Below are positions 33,423 to 44,411 of a DNA stretch of 64,000 nt, piece after piece. Below the pieces are notes generated by a model, which had not been told where the DNA came from, made no database searches, and saw nothing but the letters and a program-made list of their open reading frames with translations. The stretch's first letter is position 1; every line of letters begins with the position of its first letter. The DNA comes from Diplonema japonicum (taxonomy: Eukaryota; Protista; Euglenozoa: Diplonemea), in assembly GCA_964019335.1 (NCBI GenBank), contig OZ025700.1:434001-498000 (forward strand), written 5' to 3'. The position numbers and the translations under genes were made by a program.

Positions 33423-35049
33423 TCACAACTTGGAAGCGAAAAGTGTCTGTTGTTAGTTTAGTATTTGGGGGAAGGGAGGGAGGGAGGGAGGGAGGGAGGG
33501 AGGGAGGAGAAACACATACTTTATCGTAAGAATGCATGCCATGCACGCCTCCTTCCTGTTGAGCGGAGGCAGTCCTCCTCTCGAACCTGACAACGCCCTC
33601 CTCGACCTTTGCCCTGACAGTGTCGAAGGAGGTGAAGCCGATGTCCTGTGCCGCCTGCTGCAGACCTGTGGTAGCATGTTAAGTGTTTACGAGCATACCT
33701 TTGTAGAGGTAAGGGACGTATTTGGCGATGCTGCCCTTGTCGACGACGGACCCGGACACGCCCTGCGCCACTTGGATGGCTTGTGTCTCTGAGAGGTACC
33801 TCTTTCCAGACTCGCCGCCCTGCTGCATCGCATCAATGGACCCCATCCCCCTGAACTTCTTCAGACGTGTGCCGTTGCTGTAAAAGTACTCGCCAGGCGT
33901 CTCTGCCGTCCCCGCCAGCAGCGACCCCAGCATCACAGCAGAGGCCCCCAGCGTCAACGCCTTTGCAATGTGGCCTATGTTTTGGATGCCCCCGTCAGCG
34001 ATGATGGGGACGCCCCTCGTCCACGCGTACTTCGCCACCTGGTACACTGCCGTTGCTTGCGGTCTCCCCACTGCCATCACCTCTTGTGTGATGCAAATGC
34101 TGCCGGACCCCATCCCTACCCGCAGCCCGTCGGCGCCAGCGTCGATCAGGTTCCGTGCCTGTCCCTGCGTCACCACGTTGCCCGCAATCACCTGAAGCGA
34201 CGGGTACATGTCCTTCATGTACTTCAGGAACTCCACCTGGTACATCGAATTGCCCTGAGAGCTGTCCAGCACCACCACATCGACGCCTGCCTTCACCAAG
34301 AGCGCCAGGCGGTGCTTGTCGTCTTCTCTTGTCCCAATGGCCGCACCGCACAGCAGCTGCTGCTTCGCGTCCAAAGAGGCGAGAGGGAAGTCACGTGATT
34401 TCTGAGAGTCGATCCTGGAGCAGAGCATGGCAAGGTCACCCTTGTCGTCCACGATGGGAAGGTACCCCACACGGCCCTCGTGCAGGACGTACCTCGCCCT
34501 CTCCAGAGTGATGGGTGCTGTGCCTGTGATCAGGTCCTTGCGCTTCTTCATGATTGTACCTAGCTTGACGCTCCGGTCAGTAAGAAAGTCGATGTCCTTG
34601 TTGCACACTAAACCTAAGAGCTGCCCGTTTTGCTTGCCCCCCTCTGTGATAGGGATGCCGCAGAAGCCCATCGTGTTCTTGATCTCGTCGACGTCGTGCA
34701 CAGTGTGGTCCGGCGAGAGCACTTTGGGAGTGAGAATGAACCCATTCCTCCACCTTTTCACGATCGCTACCTTCTCTGCTTGGTCGGGCGGTGGCATATT
34801 GTTGTGGATGATACCCAGCCCGCCATTCAGTGCCATCCCCACTGCCATTGTGTCCTCTGTCACCGTGTCCATCGGCGACGACACGAACGGGGCGCGCAAC
34901 TTCACCCCCCTCGTCACCCTGCACTCCAGGTCCACTTCATTAGCTGCAAAGTCAATATAGTTAGGCAGCACAAGGATATCGTTGTACGTGAGGCCCTGCC
35001 CCATGCCCATCAGCTCCACTGCTGACAGCCCATCTCCCTTGTATGTCAT
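33423..35049 (-). CDS. IMPDH: Inosine-5'-monophosphate dehydrogenase with PTS1 (-SKL); 3 exons (35049-33699, 33665-33520, 33446-33423)
   Basis: [12 protein letters not shown] pair, catalytic [17 protein letters not shown] and RGMGS. Introns 33666-33698 (33 nt) and 33447-33519 (73 nt) restore ...[29 protein letters not shown], 506 aa. Confidence 0.96.
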
Positions 35050-35102
35050 ATTCCTGTAGGCGTGACTGGATTGGTATGTATGATCAACGAATAAGAAGAG
35101 GT

Positions 35103-35400
35103 CCCCTCGGGTGGGCAGAGGGGTAGAGTCGGTACAAACAAACAAAGTTGCAACGATAAGGAAGTCCTCCTAGCTAAAGGAGCGCCCCCTACCGTCGCTG
35201 TGTCATGTGGTGTGGGGGGAGGGTGTCGAATTGTTTAAAGGGTGCTACTTTGCACCTGCTTTCTTCGTTTTCTTTTTTTTTTTTTTCCATGTATTCTTCC
35301 ATGTATTTTCCTGATTCGCATGTTCGGTTATAAAAAAAACCCCACATCCTGTTATAAGGTGTTCAGGAAGTGGTTGTCTGTGAAACTATCCCCCTTGCCT
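35103..35400 (-). repeat. Type-A conserved 3' cassette (also ~35945-36232 and ~37305-37587)
   Basis: Two near-identical blocks (~155 nt ccctcgggtgggcagagggg...tttgcacctg; ~55 nt cctgttataagg...ccccttgcct) separated by a variable A/T-rich spacer, downstream of Y1, Y2 and Y4. Confidence 0.85.
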
Positions 35401-35730
35401 TCAGTAGTAGTACGCCCTGGGGCTCACGACAGTGTCGTAGTAGCGCGGAGAGGCCAAGGCGTCGTAGTAACGAGGGGAGGTCGCCGAGGTGTAGTAAGCA
35501 TCACGGATGCGCCTCGCAGAGGCATCGGCCTCCACACGAGCCGTCGCTGCAGCCACATCAGCAGCCACACTGTAGGTGGTGCTGTAGGCAGAGCTGTAGT
35601 AAGGTGCGTAGGCCAAGGAAGAGGTGTAGGGGACGGTGGCACGTGCAACAGCAAGGTCGGCCTCAGCACGAGCAACAGCAACATCAACAGAGGTCACCCT
35701 CGGGGACACAGGTGCGACGTAGTAGACCAT
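35401..35730 (-). CDS. Tyr/Ala/Ser/Val-rich SPRYY microprotein, copy Y1 (109 aa)
   Basis: ATG-to-TGA ORF conserved in 5 copies. Identity stops at the ATG, indels are in frame, and codon usage is strongly biased (Tyr almost exclusively TAC). Confidence 0.85.
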   Translation of the reverse strand: MVYYVAPVSPRVTSVDVAVARAEADLAVARATVPYTSSLAYAPYYSSAYSTTYSVAADVAAATARVEADASARRIRDAYYTSATSPRYYDALASPRYYDTVVSPRAYYY

Positions 35731-36232
35731 TTTATTGGAGTGAAAAAGAAGGCGTGTGTGGAAAACTGTGAATAAATGTCTTCAAGTTGCAAAGGCTGAA
35801 TCGACGACAGCTCTTTCTCCCAAGCACCGGGAATACCACCTGTTGGTCATGGAGACTGTGACCACGGCAGCTACTAAGGTGTGGTGGTGGATATGCAGAT
35901 CAAGAAAGTACAACATAAAAATAAAAAAAGAAATACTATGCGGAACACCCCTCGGGTGGGCAGAGGGGTGTAGAGTCGGTACAAACAAACAAAGTTGCAA
36001 CGAAAAGGAAGTCCTCCTAGCTAAAGGAGGGCCCCTACAGTCGCTGTGTCATGTGGTGTGGGGGGAGGGTGTCGAATTGTTTAAAGGGTGCTACTTTGCA
36101 CCTGTTTCTTTTTTTTAAAAAAAGAACTTTTTTTTATATCTTCGCATGTTTGGTTTAATACAAGAATAAACAACCACACCCTGTTATAAGGTGTTCAGGA
36201 AGTGGTTGTCTGTGAAACTATCCCCCTTGCCT

Positions 36233-36562
36233 TCAGTAGTAGTACGCCCTGGGGCTCACGACAGTGTCGTAGTAGCGCGGAGAGGCCAAGGCGTCGTAGT
36301 AACGAGGGGAGGTCGCCGAGGTGTAGTAAACATCACGGATGCGCCTCGCAGAGGCATCGGCCTCCACACGAGCCGTCGCTGCAGCCACATCAGCAGCCAC
36401 GCCGTAGGTGGTGCTGTAGGCAGAGCTGTAGTAAGGTGCGTAGGCCAAAGAAGTGGTGTAGGGGACGGTGGCACGTGCAACAGCAAGGTCGGCCTCAGCA
36501 CGAGCAACAGCAACATCAACAGAGGTCACCCTCGGGGACACAGGTGCGACGTAGTAGACCAT
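36233..36562 (-). CDS. SPRYY microprotein, copy Y2 (109 aa)
   Basis: Paralog of Y1 with 3 substitutions (TTS, TYG, DVY). Confidence 0.85.
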   Translation of the reverse strand: MVYYVAPVSPRVTSVDVAVARAEADLAVARATVPYTTSLAYAPYYSSAYSTTYGVAADVAAATARVEADASARRIRDVYYTSATSPRYYDALASPRYYDTVVSPRAYYY

Positions 36563-36667
36563 TTTGTGTTGTGTTTTGAAAGGTGTGGAAACTGTGGTGG
36601 TGAGTCGTGAGAAGAACATGTGAGTCGACTAAAAAAAGAAAAAACGGGCCATTGCGGCACCAAAAGA

Positions 36668-36903
36668 GACTTGAGAGGAAGGGATAATGTGTGTATGGTA
36701 AATACTCGTGGGGGGCTACGAGGGGGGATACAAACAAAGATTATACTTTTTGTTGGTTTTTGAAGAGAGGGGCGCCCATGCTTCAATAAAAAAGCTCTAC
36801 CTCTGTGTTATAGGACCACAGAGGGAGGACGGCTCTCCTGTGCACTGTGTGTGGGTGTTGTGTCTTGGTATTGCTAACTTGCTTTCTTCATGTCCCCTTG
36901 CCT
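36668..36903 (-). repeat. Type-B conserved 3' cassette (second copy 62025-62260)
   Basis: 236 nt, apparently identical downstream of Y3 and Y5. Confidence 0.9.
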
Positions 36904-37221
36904 TCAGTAGTAGTACGCCCTGGGGCTCACGACAGTGTCGTAGTAGCGCGGAGAGGCCAAGGCGTCGTAGTAACGAGGGGAGGTCGCCGAGGTGTAGTAA
37001 ACATCACGGATGCGCCTCGCAGAAGCATCGGCCTCGGCACGAGCCGTCGCTGCAGCCACGCTGTATGAGGGGCTGTACGCGGAGCTGTAGTAAGGTGCAT
37101 AGGCCAAGGAAGAAGTGTAGGGGACGGTGGCACGTGCAACAGCAAGGTCGGCCTCAGCACGAGCAACAGCAACATCAACAGAGGTCACCCTCGGGGACAC
37201 AGGTGCGACGTAGTAGACCAT
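36904..37221 (-). CDS. SPRYY microprotein, copy Y3 (105-aa variant)
   Basis: In-frame 12-nt deletion variant (YSPSYSVAAATARAEA) followed by the type-B 3' cassette. Confidence 0.85.
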   Translation of the reverse strand: MVYYVAPVSPRVTSVDVAVARAEADLAVARATVPYTSSLAYAPYYSSAYSPSYSVAAATARAEADASARRIRDVYYTSATSPRYYDALASPRYYDTVVSPRAYYY

Positions 37222-37587
37222 TTTTATTTTTGAGTTTTTTGAAATGTAAGTGTGGAAAGCTGTAGGTGTTCTAACATCAAGGAATTGTGGGAAAGAATAA
37301 TAACGGAACACCCCCTCGGGTGGGCAGAGGGGTGTAGAGTCGGTACAAACAAACAAAGTTGCAACGATAAGGAAGTCCTCCTAGCTAAAGGAGCGCCCCC
37401 TACCGTCGCTGTGTCATGTGGTGTGGGGGGAGGGTGTCGAATTGTTTAAAGGGTGCTACTTTGCACCTGTTTCTTTTTCATCTTTTTTTTATTGTATCTT
37501 CTTGGTTCGCATGTTTGGCTTAACACAACCACACCCTGTTATAAGGTGTTCAGGAAGTGGTTGTCTGTGAAACTATCCCCCTTGCCT

Positions 37588-37917
37588 TCAGTAGTAGTAC
37601 GCCCTGGGGCTCACGACAGTGTCGTAGTAGCGCGGAGAGGCCAAGGCGTCGTAGTAACGAGGGGAGGTCGCCGAGGTGTAGTAAGCATCACGGATGCGCC
37701 TCGCAGAGGCATCGGCCTCCACACGAGCCGTCGCTGCAGCCACATCAGCAGCCACACTGTAGGTGGTGCTGTAGGCAGAGCTGTAGTAAGGTGCATAGGC
37801 CAAGGAAGAGGTGTAGGGGACGGTGGCACGTGCAACAGCAAGGTCGGCCTCAGCACGAGCAACAGCAACATCAACAGAGGTCACCCTCGGGGACACAGGT
37901 GCGACGTAGTAGACCAT
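37588..37917 (-). CDS. SPRYY microprotein, copy Y4 (109 aa, same protein as Y1)
   Basis: Protein identical to Y1 in the ORF track. Confidence 0.85.
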   Translation of the reverse strand: MVYYVAPVSPRVTSVDVAVARAEADLAVARATVPYTSSLAYAPYYSSAYSTTYSVAADVAAATARVEADASARRIRDAYYTSATSPRYYDALASPRYYDTVVSPRAYYY

Positions 37918-40900
37918 TTTGTGTTGTGTTTTGAAAGGTGTGGAAACTGTGGTGGGTAAGTTTCGTGTAAAGATGATAAAAGAAAATAAGGATTAGTAAA
38001 TAAAAAAAAAAGTAAAAACAAGACGGTGAGTGGGAGGGGGGAATTCCTTTTAAAAAGTGTTACCAATTGAAACGAAGCACGAAGAAGAAAGAAATCAGGT
38101 GATTTGCTTAAGGGAAAGAAAAAAAAAACGGTGGGAGGGGAGGCGAGAATATAATAGCAAGGCAAAAAAAAAATATATATTTAAAAAAAAAATGCATACT
38201 TTCTCTCTGAGATGTTGCGCGGTCCTCCTCCTCCCTTTTTTTCTATTCTTTTGTATTCTCTTCCCTCCCTCCCTTCCCCTTTTTATTACCTGACAATATC
38301 ATCAAGCAAACACTCTAACAAAGACGGGGACGGTGGGATGTTCACTGGGGGGGAAAGGGGGGAGACAAAAAAAAATAGAAGTATGGCCCTTTAGACACCG
38401 AATAGCCCCCTTATTGTGGAACAGGAACATAAATAGAAGGCGAGTTTTTTGTTATTTAAATAAAGAAGAGAAAGGGGGTAAGAAATCAAGGAGGGGGTTC
38501 GATGAACCAGCGAAGGGTCACTTTCCTTTTATAGTTCCCTCGCACTCCCTCCCTTTTCTCCCCAAACCCTGTCGTTTCTTAAGAAAATAAAAGAAAAAAG
38601 AGGGGAGAAACGGCAAAAGAAGGGCACACCACAAGGTTCTTACATTAATCTCAACATCCTTCTTATAATTTCTACTTTTTGTTTCTTCTTCCCAAAGTAG
38701 TGATCCGCGTACCGGAACGAGATATGAAGAATAGGGACACACAGGAATATGACACAACAAGAAAAAATACCCCCTTTTTTTTTACTTCTTCTTTCCCTCT
38801 GTCAATAGACAGCCAACAACAGTCAGTTTTTACAGGACATTCAAAGCTACGATTATCTTTTTTTTCTTTTTTTTTTTTCTATTCAAATCTGACTGAGCTC
38901 GGCTTTGTGAATATAAAAAGAAAAGGAAGAAAGAAAGAAAGAAAAAAGAAGAAAGAAGAGTACCCTAATTGATTACACAGATAGCAGCACACGGAGCAGG
39001 GGGAGTGGAGTTCCACCAGCGGGAGGGGAGGTATCAAACAGCAACTCCTCATTACAAAAAAGGACAAAACTGCCTTCTTTCTTCTTCTTTTTTTTTTGTT
39101 GAACCTATTTACCTCGAACCTCAACCAATCACAGATGGTAATCTAAAAAACCCCTTTTTTTCGGCTGAAAAAAAAAAAAAAAAACAGCGGCTTTTTTTTA
39201 TGGATTAAAAAAAAGAGGGGAACGGAAAGAAAAACACCTGTGGGGGGGGGTCAAAAAACCGGAAACTAACCACTTTTTCTGATCTTTTTTCTTGTGGTAC
39301 TTCTATGGTAACACAACGGACGGCTCATTGGCGGCAAGGTAAAGACGTTTTACTACACCCTTTTGTTCATTTTGAGTCCCACTTGCGACATTTACTAAGG
39401 TCGATTTTTTTTTTTTTTGAATTTCTGCATTGTAAAAAAAAAAGAAAAAAAAAAAAAAAAAAGCAATCTTGACCTAAAGTGAGTGAGGAAAATGACAAAA
39501 GGGTGTACGGATAATAATTTATTTTTTTAAAAAAAATGCGTACCCGGCTTCAAAGTTAGCCCGACACTTCCTTTTCTGACTTATATTTTGGGCCTTTTTT
39601 TTTTACTTTAAAGCTCAGGCTCAATAACGCATTCGTGATGAAGCACTTGTTTGTAATATAGATAGGGTTGAGCTAAGAAAAGAAATTCTCACATAAAGAA
39701 ACCTGGGTCCGCAAGTGCCGGTTTATCTAGGCTAGGCAGTTTTTTTTTTTTTTTTCGGAAAAAAAAAAAAGACTCATGCAGCCCGACACTGCCGGTTTAA
39801 ACCGCATCTTGTTCGTTCGGCATTTTCTTCTTCTTCTTTTTTTTTTTCCCTTCCGAGAGCTAATGTAACCCACATAGGACACCTTGCGTAAAGCATTCCA
39901 AGGATTTTTTTTTTCACTTTTTTCTTTATAAAAGAAAGGGGGGAGAAGGAGAAAAGGAGAAATAAAAACCCCGGTAACACGGAAGAAAATTGGAAGAGGA
40001 GGGGAGGGGGGGAAACGGAATAAAGCAACAAAACTGAATGAAGAAAAATAAAGAAGTTTTTTTTTTAACCCCTCCTTTTTTTTTTGTGAGGGTGTACTTT
40101 TTAGACTCACACTGAACCTCTTCGGAACCACTGCCCTGGCATTCACTGCCACTGCACTTGGTAGCTGCCCAGCACATACATTGCACAATGGACCCATGTA
40201 TTAATGAACTTGAACCTTTCTGGTTTTTTTTTTCTTTCCTTTTTCTATTTCTTGGCAAACTAATATCACCTTACTCATCATATCAGCTATCAGACTGATA
40301 GCCAAAAGAATGGGAGGATTCACAAGACATTCACGAGAGAGAAAAGAAATTGGGGAAAGTTCAAAAGAAAAAAAAAAGGAAAAAGGTGTCTCTTTCCTAT
40401 CTGGGACCCCTTTTAAATAATATACTTTCCCATTCCTTAAAGCACCTAATCCCACCTCCTTTTTCTCTCGGGCTGTCAGCCATTCCATCAGCCGGGAAAA
40501 GAGAATGAGTGGTGAAGCCCTTCTCAGTCGTGGTAAGTACGAAGAGGGGGGTGGGGGTGGGGGGGGGTCGTCACGTTACAAATCCAGTACCTTTTTTCAT
40601 CCCCTGATTTGACTTTAATTAAAAACAACAATAAAACGAGAAATCAAAACGTTTTCAGATACAAAAAAAAAAAAAAAAAAAGTGGGAAAGTGAAGAAAAA
40701 AAAAAACGAAAAAGCGCTCACAATGATGGGGTGGGGAGAGTAGCAATGACCCACCGCAGTTGCGTGTACCTTACGATGTCCCTTGTCCCTTGTGCCATGT
40801 CCCTTGTGCCAAGCTGACGTTTGTATCTTCGGATCCCTTCTTTTCGGAAATATTCTTCAGTCCGATGCGAGACTATCGAAGCCGAGGTCACAAAGAAGGG

Positions 40901-40937
40901 GTTGGGGTGAACAACACGTAGCTTCATGCCTAGCTGT

Positions 40938-43900
40938 CTACTCCGCCACAACAGGAGGAGGGGAGGGGGGGCACCAGATACTATCGTCGTCGGAAGAAGA
41001 AGCTATTTCGCTCTGCGGGTCAGGGGTGGACCTGACGATGCCGCGGAGTAGGCCAGGAGGCACAACGTTAGCTGTGGGAGGTGCTTGCACAGGCGCGGGC
41101 GGCGGGAAGAATGGAGGCTTTGGGCCAGTCGGTGCCCCCCCACCACCACCGCCTTGGATGGATGGAGTCTGGAAGGAGGGGGCGTGGACGGAAGGGGCCG
41201 GAACGCTTCCTGCACTTGAGTCGAAGCTCTCTCCCGTATGCGTGTGTGTGTTGAGGGAGTGCTTGTTCGACTGTGGCGCGTGCAGCAGCTCGTTGCTCTG
41301 CTCGTCTGAGTGCGACAGCGAAGAGTGCGACGTCCCCAACCTCAGCGGGGGCGGTGCGTCAGCACCCAACCGGAACAGCACCTCCTCCGCCGACGGCCGT
41401 GCATGCCTGTTCGCCTGTAATGTCTGCCGCACTAAATCTACGACTAAGGGGCTGTACCCACGTGCCGAGATGCTGTCGGCCACCTCCTGGTGGAACCCCC
41501 TCCGCCCTACATGAACACACATCACTCTGCAGTTTCTGGACCGCTTTAAGCACATTGAGTAGATGATGCACCCCAAAGACCACAAGTCGATCTTCGTGTC
41601 GTACGGCCCGTCGAAGGACTCAGGCGCCATGAAGGCCATTGTCCCTGCGTGCGTGTGCATGTACGTCTTGTCCACCATCCGCGAGAGTCCGAAGTCCGCC
41701 ACCACAATACGCTGCCTGTCGGACGTCATCAATATGTTCTCAGGCTTCAGGTCTCTGTGCACGACAGGGGGCGTCTGCTTGTGGAGGTGTAGCAGCACAT
41801 CAGCAATCTGCCTTCCGAAAGACACGACAGTGACCTCTGGGATGATGGGGTCAGGGTAAGTCTGGATGTAGTTAGCAAGATCGCCCTGTAGGGTTGTCGT
41901 TGTGTGCAAAACATACCTGCTCATAGTAAGGCAACACCATGAAGACGGCATTGTCTGCGTTGAAGGACTCGATAATCTTCATCAGACCAGGGTGCTTCGG
42001 GAGGCACGTAAGGATGCTCACCTCCCGCTTAGCAATCTTCAGCTCCCTGTCACATCTGCAGTCGATCCTTTTCAGCGAGTAGAGGTGTCCATTAGACTTT
42101 TTCTTCACGAGGTACACGTGGCCAAAGCCGCCCCGCCCTAGTTGCTTCAGGATTTCATACCCGTGGTCTTCCTCAGGGGAGCGAGAGTCGGAGTAGCCCG
42201 AGCGCGACAGACTATCGTACCCACTCCCTGGGGGCGACCTGCGGGGCCGCTTGACTAAGAAGTCCTCGCTTTCACTACTCTCGCACATCTTATTCGCCGC
42301 AACAGCAACGATGATGATTGTCGCAAGCCCGCAGCTCGCAGCAGCCACAGGGGCCATCCAGTCACTGGACGAGGCGCTGCCTGGTTCACCGCGTGCCGAG
42401 ACATCAAGCGACACGATGCTCGACAAGGAAGTGTAGATGAGAGTGGTGCCGTCCTTGTTCACGTCGAAGGAGTTCCATGGGATGAAAGACAGCACCCCCT
42501 GCAGCACATTGGGCCAGCCCATCATGTGCTTTGTCAGCTCTGCACTGATGAAATTCTTCTTGAGCTCTTCCACACCCTCCTCGGACAGGCTGTCCCTCAG
42601 CGTGTCGTAGTCGTCAACAGACCGCAGCACTTCATCCATGTTGCCACTGGTTACCTTGCCCTCATAGACTGGCGTCTTCCACAGCAGCCGCCCATCACTC
42701 ACGCGCAAGGCTAAGAGGAAGGGATCTTCGAACCCAGGGAAGTTGTCGGTGTGGGTGCAGTTTGGTAGTGGTTGTGTTGGGGGCCACACACAGTAAGGCC
42801 ATGTGCCATTGATGAAGGTGGCACCGCCCAGGAACACAGCATCATTACCTACCTTCGGAGGCGACAAGGCCACCGACGAGTCTAAGGCGTATCTCCACAG
42901 GACTGAGTCATGGATGTCGGAGCTTGCCACCTGGGTGTCGATAGCCCACACAGTACAACCAACCCACCATACGGGGGGCATCCCTTCAATAGGCGCAGTG
43001 TCGCACGCAGTGAACACCGCAATAGGGGCCTCACCTTCTACAGTTGCCAAGACAGGCTGGCTGATAGAGGCGGCGATGCTGAGTTTCTGCTTCCATTTTG
43101 GCAGACCATGGGTGGGATCAAAGGCAATGATAGCACCATCGGGCTGTCCAACAGGGAAGGGCTTGTACTCGTCAAAGAAAGTAGTCGTCACGAGCGCTAG
43201 TTCTGTATTCGCTACCACACGCACCATCCACGGGTCTACCCTGACCTTGACAGGCCATGACAGGACCAGGTCAAAAGATAGTGCAAAAATAAAATTTCCG
43301 GCATTGCTGGGATCTGTGCTTTTCCCGCTTTTGAAGACATGGTTGCCCTGCACCATAGGTGGGGTGAGCTGCCCTGTGTCGCCAGTTGCGAAGCCCCCTA
43401 TGACGGTCCCGTTCTCGGCGCTACTCTTGTTGAGGATGCCGTCGTAGGTGACGAAATAAACACCGCCGCTGCCAGCAGCAACGCCCGTGGGGAAGACTCG
43501 CTCGCCGAAGCTGATGTTCCATTTCGGTTGCCCATTGTCAAGCTGCACAGCATAGAGGGAAGGGCCGTAAATGAAGTTGTCGATCTGCACATAGACGTTA
43601 CCGTCGGCCACCACAGGAGGGAGGGAGAAGTGTACTAGCGAGTCAGTATAATTGAGATTGTTCATGAGAACAGTCCTGTTCCACAAGGGATTCCCCGTTG
43701 TGATATCTAGCCTCTCGAGCCAACCGACAGTTTCATTGCTGATGGAGAGACCACCTGCCACGAGATAGACGTTGGTCGCATCCACCACGGGGGGGCCTAG
43801 GAGGTCGTCGTACGACCTGTTCCAGTTAACTAGGGGCACTGACAACAGAGGGGTTTGAGGCGCAGCAGGAGGGACAAACGGGGGTGGATCTCCTCGCTTC

Positions 43901-44103
43901 CACAGGCCGTCACACTCCGATGAACACGCAGTAGGGCTGTTGCATATTGAGTTCAAACTCCAACACCCGTAGCAGCTCCCAGAAGTGCTGTCTGCTTCAC
44001 ACAAATAACAACACTGTCCTTGAGCATCGGCCCGTAGAGTGATGTCCTCGCTCACGGTGCCTACTGTGCTGAATAATAGCAGCAATGCGCCTATTTCTCG
44101 CAT
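40938..44103 (-). CDS. Single-pass receptor-type Ser/Thr kinase: signal peptide, Cys-rich module, PQQ/BamB-like beta-propeller, TM, NEK-like kinase, Pro-rich tail; intron 41886-41916
   Basis: MREIGALLLLFSTVGTVS signal; propeller repeats (RLDITTGNPLWN, AVQLDNGQPKWN, AFDPTHGLPKWK, ALRVSDGRLLWK); TM at VAAASCGLATIIIVAVAA; LGRGGFGHV, HRDLKPENI, DFG, APE and DLWSLG. A 31-nt intron joins the two ORFs into 1044 aa. Confidence 0.9.
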
Positions 44104-44411
44104 TTGGTATTTGGTGCGCGTATGCCACCCACCTGTCGTGTCTTTGAAGAAGAAAAGAAAAGAAGAAGAAAAGAAGAAAAAGCGAAAAAGGAAAAGGAGA
44201 GAAATTGCACCGAACAAACACGGGAAAAGAAAAGAAAAAACGAGGGGGGGGGGGGGGGGGAGCTCACAGATCGCCAGTGTTGAGAGCTCGAAACAAGTGC
44301 GTAATAATAATTGTTGTGCCTTCAAAGCATCATGTCTTGGTGAACATGTGAAAAGACGAACACACGTGTACCTTGGTAGGTACGGCACAGCACACGCAAA
44401 GCACGCCCACC

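Noticed and set aside
36795-36830. Hairpin + AGA in cassette B as an H/ACA-like snoRNA
   Set aside because: Too short and lacks a pseudouridylation pocket.
35242-37959. Plus-strand and alternative-frame ORFs repeated across the tandem array; CRISPR-like appearance
   Set aside because: They are shadows of the minus-strand Y genes. Identity ends exactly at the minus-strand ATG, units are gene-sized, and there are no spacers or cas genes.
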